A stretch of DNA of 48,440 bases from Bacteroidia bacterium (GTDB lineage Bacteria > Bacteroidota > Bacteroidia > 2-12-FULL-35-15). Where the stretch lies: contig JBASCV010000169.1 of NCBI GenBank assembly GCA_049651825.1, forward strand, positions 1 to 48,440, in the 5' to 3' direction. Positions 40,225 to 48,000 of the stretch are shown one piece after another (within the stretch, counting starts at the first letter, position 1; every line of letters begins with the position of its first letter). The position numbers and the translations under genes are program-made. Below the pieces are notes generated by a model. The model saw only the letters and a program-made list of their open reading frames with translations. It was not told the DNA's origin and searched no databases.

Positions 40225-40551
40225 ATGGAAGTAGATTTTGAAAACATCTTTAATCAGCTTAAAACAGGAGTGGCTGAAATAGCAAAAAACGCCTTTAAAA
40301 AGCGTGTTTCGGAGATAACACTTGAAGGGCATAAAATATTGACTTCAATTGAAGAAAATATAAAAAATTGGACAGCTCTGATGGTTGATGGAGATATTTC
40401 AAAAAGCGACTTTGAGGATTTAGTCCTTGGACAAAAAGATTTAATTGAAATAGCTGGTTTAAAACAACTCGGATTATCAAAAATACAAGCAGACCAGTTT
40501 AAGAAGGATCTATTAAACCTGATTATAAATACTGTTACAGCCGCAGTTTGA
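40225..40551 (+). CDS. Hypothetical small helical protein
   Basis: 108 aa, 13 nt after the lipoprotein gene. Its composition looks like a real protein, unlike the Cys/Ser/Phe-rich antisense ORFs. No recognised family. Confidence 0.5.
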   Translation: MEVDFENIFNQLKTGVAEIAKNAFKKRVSEITLEGHKILTSIEENIKNWTALMVDGDISKSDFEDLVLGQKDLIEIAGLKQLGLSKIQADQFKKDLLNLIINTVTAAV

Positions 40552-40593
40552 CTATTGCAGTAATTAGTCAAATTGGCGATCAAAGAAAAATTT

Positions 40594-41592
40594 TTAAATC
40601 TCTGTTAACTCAAACGCATATTTGTAGTTTATCAGTTTATGTCCTTTTTCGTTTTCTTTCCACGCCTTTTCTTTATGGCTTATTTCAATAACTTTGTTGG
40701 TTTTTATTCCTTTAAATTTCGCAACTACATCTTTCAACACGTTTAATTCATTTTCATCAAAAAGAGTATTGTTAAACGAGTAGTTTTTATTTGGTTTAAA
40801 CTGTTCGCCAATAGATCCATTGGGGAATTCTGTGAAAATAACATCCACATAATCCCGTGTATAAATGTGCTCAAAAATGCTATTGAAATTGTTGGGTACA
40901 GGCCCCATATTTATGGCTCGATACCTTGCACCGCTTATCGAATAGCCCGTACGCTTATAGTTCAAAAAGTCAGCATAAAATAACAGTTTATTCAATTGTG
41001 TTTTCCATGGCTTTAATTGTTCCGTAAAAAACACCACCATTTCTTTAAATCTGTTATAACTGCTTTTGCGGTAACCTGTATATTCGTCTGGCAAATGCCC
41101 GTCTAGTAAATGTTCTTCGTAAGCAAGTAAGGCTTGCTTGTTTTCCTGTATTAAATATTCAATACGTTTTAGAGTCTTAGTTTTTGTTCGTTCATCGCAA
41201 GTTTCACAGAGTTCCAGCAAATCCCTGAACCGTTTTGGGTTGGCAGCCAGCTGTATCAATTTTCCATTGGCGGCACTGGGCACCTCGCCAGCCTCATAAT
41301 GTCGGTAGCTGTTAATACCAAATCCCAACACTTCCGACATTTTTGTTGCTGGTAAATCATATTGTTCACGGATGGCCCTAATCTCTTCGGGAAACGGTAG
41401 GTTGTGCCTTTCTCGGTATTTATTATACAATTGATTCATGTTCAATTCATCTAGCTTGGTGTCTGTGAATTGTTCTTTTAAATCGTTGTCGTAATAAAAA
41501 TGAAAAACCACATCAAACTTTTCCTTTCTGAACTCCATGTTGCGAGTTTCTTTGCGCAACTCCATTTGTTTACCTGTAATTGGACTTTTCAT
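40594..41592 (-). CDS. Fused antitoxin: Cys-less MqsA-like N-terminal ribbon, XRE-type HTH and DUF4065/Panacea (SocA-like) domain
   Basis: 332 aa. The N-terminus MKSPITGKQMELRKETRNMEFRKEKFDVVFHFYY resembles a YgiT/MqsA ribbon without its cysteines. The HTH is IRAIREQYDLPATKMSEVLGFGINSYRHYEAGE. The C-terminal LNKLLFYADFLNYKRTGYSISGARYRAINMGPVP is typical of DUF4065. Confidence 0.75.
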   Translation of the reverse strand: MKSPITGKQMELRKETRNMEFRKEKFDVVFHFYYDNDLKEQFTDTKLDELNMNQLYNKYRERHNLPFPEEIRAIREQYDLPATKMSEVLGFGINSYRHYEAGEVPSAANGKLIQLAANPKRFRDLLELCETCDERTKTKTLKRIEYLIQENKQALLAYEEHLLDGHLPDEYTGYRKSSYNRFKEMVVFFTEQLKPWKTQLNKLLFYADFLNYKRTGYSISGARYRAINMGPVPNNFNSIFEHIYTRDYVDVIFTEFPNGSIGEQFKPNKNYSFNNTLFDENELNVLKDVVAKFKGIKTNKVIEISHKEKAWKENEKGHKLINYKYAFELTEI

Positions 41593-41690
41593 AAGTGAAT
41601 AATTTATCTTTTAGTTGTCTTATGGAATACGCCAGTTTGAAAAATTATTTTTATCAATTGTTTGTGCTTTTGCAAACATGGCTATTTCAT
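41593..41690 (-). promoter_or_regulatory. Leader element copy A: minimal ORF plus a 19-codon upstream ORF between the toxin and antitoxin genes
   Basis: On the minus strand, 1 nt after the toxin TAA: ATG AAA TAG, CC, then ATG..TAA (41679-41620) encoding MFAKAQTIDKNNFSNWRIP. A 27-nt A-rich spacer follows, then the antitoxin ATG. It is about 85-90% identical to copy B by manual alignment. Confidence 0.6.
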
Positions 41691-41691
41691 A

Positions 41692-42045
41692 TTATAAATT
41701 TTTTAAAGGAAATTTTAAAACGTGCTCTGCAATATGAAACGATATACATATTACACTGGCTCCAGCAATACCCATTGTAACTTTAATGTATATTTCTTTT
41801 TTCTTAATAATCTTGCCAAACACCCACATGTCGGCACCTTTGTATAAAGTATCTTTCAATGGGCCTTCGCAGTAATCCTCAGCAATTAAATTTTCCAACA
41901 CCCGTTTTCTGTCGCTTGGTATCAACTCCAAATCAGCTAATGTTTGAGCGTTCTTTCCGCGTTCATCACGAAAGAGTACATCCCATATTTTCATTTTTTG
42001 TTTAAAATCTTTGAGAAACTTTTCTACCTCTGCTTTTATTAGCAT
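41692..42045 (-). CDS. MqsR-like type II toxin (putative mRNA interferase)
   Basis: 117 aa. The pattern DYCEGP...D...WVFG....EIYIKV.......VICISFH.AEH resembles MqsR-family toxins. It lies upstream of an HTH antitoxin, in the mqsR-mqsA gene order. Assignment is by eye. Confidence 0.6.
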   Translation of the reverse strand: MLIKAEVEKFLKDFKQKMKIWDVLFRDERGKNAQTLADLELIPSDRKRVLENLIAEDYCEGPLKDTLYKGADMWVFGKIIKKKEIYIKVTMGIAGASVICISFHIAEHVLKFPLKNL

Positions 42046-42062
42046 AATAATGAAATATTTTA

Positions 42063-42093
42063 CAAATATACAAATTAATCCTCTAAAAACAAC
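42063..42093 (-). promoter_or_regulatory. Candidate promoter of the toxin-antitoxin operon
   Basis: On the minus strand the -7 box TATATTTG (42070-42063) lies 17 nt before the toxin ATG. A GTTG -33-like element (42093-42090) sits after a 19-nt spacer. Confidence 0.35.
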
Positions 42094-42127
42094 GTTGTAG
42101 TTTTTTTTTAGTTAAAATATTTATATA

Positions 42128-42147
42128 ATACAACTATAAAGTTGTAT
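42128..42147. promoter_or_regulatory. Perfect palindrome ATACAACT-ATAA-AGTTGTAT upstream of the toxin gene (candidate antitoxin operator)
   Basis: 8-bp arms with a 4-nt spacer, 83-102 nt upstream of the toxin ATG. A T9 tract lies between it and the promoter, at 42101-42109. Confidence 0.35.
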
Positions 42148-42499
42148 TGTTGGGGTGGTGTATGCCATGTGAAACCAATTTCTTAGTTAAAAACATTCAA
42201 TTAGTTTATTGGTTTTGGCAAACGAAAGACTGTAAAATCTATAACTCTTAATTTCTATTTTATCATTTACTAGAACCATTCTTTATCAAAAGTCAATTTT
42301 TGTTGAAGCCTTCATGTTGCCTAAAGCAAAACAATGCTGCTAATCAACAAGATAGGCTTCTCTGTTTTGCTCTAAACAACTCAAATAAGTACTTTTTATA
42401 CAGCCTCTTTTTATTTTAAGAACCTCCATTACAAGCAAATACGCCCCCAGATCTCAAATATTTTATTAATTTTGACAGCCTTAGCCTAAAACACCAATT

Positions 42500-43147
42500 G
42501 TGAGAAAACCGTTAATTATCATATTCATTGTTTTACTGCTTGATCAGTTAGTAAAAATATACATCAAAACCCATTTTTTTCTTGGGGAAGAAGTGCGTGT
42601 GGCTGGCGATTGGTTTATTATTCATTTTACCGAAAATAACGGTATGGCCTATGGAATGGAGTTTGGTGGCAACTTTGGCAAACTATTTTTAAGTGTTTTC
42701 AGAATTATTGCCGTTGCTGCCATTGGTTGGTACTTATGGACACTTACCAAACAAAAAGAAGATAAGATTTATATTGTTTGCATTTCCTTAATTTTTGCTG
42801 GTGCAGTTGGTAACATTATTGATAGCGCATTTTACGGCATGTTGTTTAGCGACAGTAATTATGAAGTTGCTCGCTTTATGCCTGAAGAAGGCGGTTATGC
42901 TGGCTTTTTACACGGAAAGGTTGTTGATATGCTCTATTTCCCTGTACTAAAAGGTCATTTCCCTGCATGGTTTCCAATATGGGGAAGTGAAGATTTTATA
43001 TTTTTCAGACCTGTGTTTAACATTGCTGATGCTTCCATTAGTTGTGGAGTTGCGCTAATCATACTTTATCAAAAACGCTTTTTTGCTAAAAAAGAAGAAA
43101 CACCTGTTGTTGAAAACAGTAGCGAAACTCCAATAAACGAAGCGTAA
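42500..43147 (+). CDS. lspA: Lipoprotein signal peptidase (signal peptidase II)
   Basis: 215 aa with a GTG start and four TM segments. Conserved motifs are NNGMAYG, GNIIDS and FNIADASI, which carry the catalytic Asp residues. Confidence 0.9.
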   Translation: MRKPLIIIFIVLLLDQLVKIYIKTHFFLGEEVRVAGDWFIIHFTENNGMAYGMEFGGNFGKLFLSVFRIIAVAAIGWYLWTLTKQKEDKIYIVCISLIFAGAVGNIIDSAFYGMLFSDSNYEVARFMPEEGGYAGFLHGKVVDMLYFPVLKGHFPAWFPIWGSEDFIFFRPVFNIADASISCGVALIILYQKRFFAKKEETPVVENSSETPINEA

Positions 43148-43185
43148 AGTACAGGTGCTTCAAACTAAATGTTAATCAGCACAAA

Positions 43186-44695
43186 ATGAGAATTATCTAT
43201 TTTATCTCTTTTTTACTTCTACTTTCTTGTTCATCGTCAACAACAGAAATTCCAGAGCAAAACCAAGATTTTTGCGCATCAATACACACCACCGACTCTA
43301 CAACGCTTTCTAAAGAATTGCTTCCTTTGGAGCAAAAAATGAACAACCAAACAGGTGTATATGTGCTTGAAGATGGTGGAAACTCAATGATTGCGAGAGC
43401 TTGGTTGTGCGAGCATGCCGAAAAAACAATAGATGTACAATATTTTATATTCTCTACCGATAATGTTGGTTTAATTGCTTGCGATTACCTTGTTCGTGCT
43501 GCCGATAGGGGTATAAAAGTACGCATACTGGTTGATGATATTATGGTTGAGGCTGGAGTGCATGAAATTCTTACCATGGACTCTCACCCTAATATCGAAA
43601 TCAAAATATACAATCCGGGAACAAATCTTGGAAAAAACATTTTTGATAAAATAACAAAAGTGGTAACCGATTTTCAAGGATTAAACCAGCGCATGCACAA
43701 TAAAACATTTACTGTTGATGGAAGGGTTGCTATTACAGGAGGCAGAAATATTGCAGATGAATACTTTGATTATGATCACGAATATAACTTCAGAGACCGA
43801 GATGTTTTATTAATTGGCAAAGAAACACAAACCATACAAAGCTCTTTTAACGATTTTTGGAACAGCCAATTGAGTGTTGCCGTTACAAATTTGGTTGAAG
43901 AACCGGATAATAACTTCAATGATTCGTTACGCTTTGAGCGCCTACACCAATATGCCTGCAACCCCGATAATTTTTGGCCCCAAGTACGAGAAAAAATTCA
44001 AAAACTGCCTGACGCATTTAAAGCAATACAAGCATCTAACGAGCTTATTTGGCTTGATAGCGTGTTTTTTGTAACCGATACCCCAGGAAAAAATAAAGAT
44101 GGGAGAGGGGGCGTTTGTACCGATGCACTTATCAATTTGATTAAAAACGCAAAACAAACGATTGATATACAATCGCCTTATTTGGTTACAACCGAACTTG
44201 GACGAACCCTTTTTAAAGACGCAGTTAAAAGAGGCGTTAAAATCAGAATTTTAACCAATAGCCTTGCTTCTACTGATAATTTAGAAGCCTTTAGCGGATA
44301 CCAACGTAACCGAAAAGAGTTGCTCGAAACAGGGGTTCGGGTATTTGAATTTAGGCCAGATGCTGCTGAACGATTTAAAATAATGACAGGAGCACTGCAA
44401 GAGAAGTTGAACTACGCACCCACCTTTGGTTTACATGCAAAATCAATGGTAGTTGATGGAAAAACAACGGTTATTGGCACATTCAATCTCGACCCTCGAA
44501 GCGCAAACCGAAATACCGGTTGCAATTATTCATTCTTCACAGATTGCTAATGGTGTTTTAAAAGGAATGGAAATAGAGTTTAACGCTGATAATGCCTGGG
44601 AAACAACGCTTGATTGGAACCCCGATTCAAAGGTGGATAAAACAAAACGCTTCAAAACATTCACCAAAAGAGTGGTGCCTAAAAACATATTATAA
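43186..44695 (+). pseudogene. Phospholipase D / cardiolipin-synthase-like lipoprotein gene, interrupted by one frameshift
   Basis: Lipoprotein signal MRIIYFISFLLLLSC, HKD motif 1 MHNKTFTVDGRVAITGGRNI and HKD motif 2 LHAKSMVVDGKTTVIGTFNLDPRS. After ...DPRSAN (about 44503-44515) the family-like sequence TEIPVAIIHSSQIANG... continues in the next frame (track ORF 44453..44695). The original frame stops at 44550. Confidence 0.75.
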
Positions 44696-44955
44696 ATACA
44701 TTTCAGACTCCTACAGTTGTGTTAAAGGTGGTTTGTTTATTTTTTATATTAAAATTACTTTTGATACACGCTTTACCGTGTTGATTATCAATTCTTTTTG
44801 CAATTATTGCTAACAAGTTAGTTAAAAACTTTTTTTTATTGCGTACAACCAAAGTACAACAAGTTGCATCTTTAACAATAATACAAGTTATTAATATCTC
44901 ATTATTTGAGTATTTTAAAGGGGGCGGATGGCAAAAACAAAAAATATATTTACAT

Positions 44956-45053
44956 ATGAAATAGCCATGTTTGCTAAAAACACAAACATAAATGAAAGTA
45001 AATTTTCAAACTGGCGTATTCCATAAGACCACTAAAAAATAAATTATTCACTT
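44956..45053 (+). promoter_or_regulatory. Leader element copy B: minimal ORF plus a 19-codon upstream ORF ahead of the fifth giant T9SS gene
   Basis: ATG AAA TAG (44956-44964), CC, then ATG..TAA (44967-45026) encoding MFAKNTNINESKFSNWRIP. A 27-nt A-rich spacer follows, then ATG 45054. It is the inverted counterpart of copy A. Confidence 0.6.
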
Positions 45054-48000
45054 ATGAAACAATATATACATACAATAAAACTTTTTGCTGTATGGGCTAT
45101 TCTCATCATCCTCATACCAAAAGCTTTTTCACAAAATACGGCATCCCTAAAAACCTTTTCTGCTCCATGGAAAATAATACCATTTGAACGAAAAGCCTTT
45201 ATTGAAAATAAAGGACAATTTGACCAACTTATACCTGAAAATAAAAAGGGGTTTGCCTATTGTATCGACAAAGGACAACAGGTATTTTTCTATAAAAACA
45301 GTGTTTCCTATCGCTTCAATAAAATTGACGTGTCAAAAGCCCCACTTTGGGGATTATTCGAAAACGAAAAACAAAAAGAGAAACGTATTCATAATGCAGA
45401 TAAAAGTATTCAATTTGTTGATTTTGTGTGGGTTAACTCCAATCCCGATGCAGTTATCATAGGAGAAAATAAACAAACTACACGTTACGCTTATGCCTTA
45501 ATGGATGCAACAAGCACAACAACAACCATCTCTTGTGATGGTTATTCAAAAATTACGTACAAAAATCTATATCCCAATATTGATGTTGAATACGTTTTTC
45601 ATCCCGAAGAAGGTGTTAAATACAATCTCTTACTTCACCCAGGAGCAGACATCAGCAAAGTAAAAATGAAGTATAATAGCGATGTTAAATTAAGTGTTAA
45701 AAACGGCAATATTCGCATCAAAACGATTGTTGGAGAAATTATTGATCATGCACCGGTTACATATTATGCTCAAAGTAAACAACACATTGCATCGGCATTT
45801 AAAATAGAAAACAATATTGTTTCATTTGATATTCAAAATGCAGATACTAATCAAGAGATTGTGATTGACCCGTGGACGCTTGTTCCTGGCTTTTCGCCAC
45901 CCAAAGCATTCGATAATGGAGTTGACGCCAGCGGAAACGTATATATTTATGGAGGTGGTGGTGGAACTTGGTTCAATGAAAAGTATCCGCCAACAGGTGG
46001 TGCGCCTATTTGGTCAATGCCTAATTTATTAACTGCAAGTCAATACTCAAATTCTTACTATGGCGACATGTTGGTTGAGGGTTCGGGCGACTTTTATTTG
46101 TGTCAGTCCGTTGATAATTCTCTTGGAGCTCACGTGCAAAAATTTTCTCCAACCGGAGGTGCTATATGGACTAGTGCTGCATCGCCAACAGCAATGTTAG
46201 AATACTGGCGCATGGCGCTTAATTGTGTTACAGGAAAAGTAATTGTTGCTGGCGGAGGAATTAATTACAATGTAAACATTGCTCAAATAGACGCCACAAC
46301 GGGTGCGCTATCAAATGTTCAAGCGCTACAAGCCCCCAATGACATTTCTGGATTATGTGTTGATGAATCGGGTAATTCATATACACATGGTGCTATGCCA
46401 AATACTGTTTCATTCAACGATGCCAACAACAATCCTATTGCAACCGCTTCAACCGGATATTCACAAACAGAAGCAGGGAATCCTTATGCGCCTTCAAATG
46501 GTTATAATATGATGGCCTTGGGTGGTACCGACTTTTTATTTACCTCAGATGGTGCAACCGTTATAAAATGGGATAAAAACACGCATGCAATGATTACGAG
46601 CACCGTTATTCCTGGTGGTCAAGCAAACTTAGGAAGTGGAATACTTGCCGACAAAACCAACAACTTGTTTATTGGAGCAACCAATGGCGTATATCGTTTT
46701 GATTTTAATTTAGTTCAAAAAGAATACCAATCAACAACCACTGCAGTGTACGATATTGCTTTTGCTGCAAATGGCGATATTGTTGCTTGTGGTGATGGAT
46801 TTTTACAAACACTACCTTTTGGTCGCGAGCCGTTTGGAGGCACAACAGTACAAATGACAACAGACCCCTGCGATGCAGAAATTAATACAGTAAAAGTAAC
46901 TCCAACACAAGGTATTCCTCCTTTTACCTTCCTCTGGGACGATGGAAACACTGATTCTGTGAGAACAAACCTTTCTTTAGGCGACCATATAGTTTCTATA
47001 AAGGATGGCTCTTGTACACCCTCTTTTATTATTGATACCATAACAATAGGAGGAAATACCAATTTTTTAACTATTGCTAAAGTTAATCCTTTATGTACTT
47101 ATAGTAGCGATGGCCAAATAAGCATTTCATTGTTAAGCAATCAAGATATAACAGGTATTGTTTGGACGCCTTCAGTTACCAATTCGCTTATAAATGACAG
47201 TACATCACAAGCAACGGGCTTGCCAAGCGGTACTTACAACTGCTTTATTACTTCCAGTTTGGGATGTAGTTTTGATACAACAATAACTTTGGTTAGTCAA
47301 TTTGCGAACCCCTCTGCTAGCTTTTTAGATGCGCAATCTTGCCAAAATGAAGGTATTCAATTTACCGAAAACTCTTCATCAAATGTTGGTACCATAAACA
47401 GTTGGAATTGGAATTTTGGAGATAGCACACCATCATCTAATTCCCAAAACCCATCACATACGTACAACGTTGCAGGCACATTTACAACCACATTAATTAT
47501 AGGTACAAATAATGGCTGTTTTGATACCGTACAAAAACAAACCATAATCCACCCCATTCCCGATGCAAATTTTTCGGTACCGAATATATGCGAAGGTGGT
47601 ATAGCTTTTTTTAACGATATATCAACAATTACATCACCCAGTATCATTCAGTATTGGCAATGGGATTTTGGCGACAATACCGCGTTCAAAAATAATCAAA
47701 ACACAAACCACCTTTACCCATCAACGGGTACATATAATGCAGAATTAACCGTTACCTCCAATTTTGGTTGTAAAGATTCTATTACAAAAACAATTACTGT
47801 ACACCCCAGCCCTACGGTAAGCTTCACGGCCAATGATACAATAAATTGTAGTCCATTGTGTGTGAACTTCCAAAGTAGTGTAGCCCTTAGTAGTGGAACC
47901 GTTGCGAGTTATTTATGGAATTATGGTGACCTAGGTGCAATAGGCAATAACGCTAATGGAAACTATTGTTATAACAATGCAACAGGAAGTACACAAAATC

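Noticed and set aside
40254-40583. 109-aa and 61-aa minus-strand ORFs overlapping 40225..40551.
   Set aside because: Their composition is rich in Cys, Ser and Phe, and they are antisense to a plus-strand ORF that continues the hsdS-linked gene string with a 13-nt spacing.
42046-42499. Search for an attR-like direct repeat of the tRNA-Arg 3' end (GAATCCCTTCGAGACCA) at the distal islet border.
   Set aside because: It was not seen on visual inspection of either strand. This cannot be excluded without a computed repeat search.
44453-44695. 80-aa ORF listed as a separate gene.
   Set aside because: From TEIPVAIIHSSQIANG... onward its sequence is the expected C-terminal continuation of the PLD-family protein. 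It is treated as the downstream part of a frameshifted gene.
41587-45059. Inverted 98-104-nt repeats interpreted as terminal inverted repeats of a transposon or MITE.
   Set aside because: There is no transposase or recombinase between them, and the housekeeping lspA gene lies inside. No target-site duplication is evident. The repeats coincide exactly with gene leaders and start codons. The region is kept as an inversion/leader observation instead.
45184-45462. 92-aa plus-strand ORF, and 46303..46512 (69 aa), listed in the track.
   Set aside because: Both are out-of-frame ORFs inside the long open frame starting at 45054, whose product has clear homology to the other giant paralogues.
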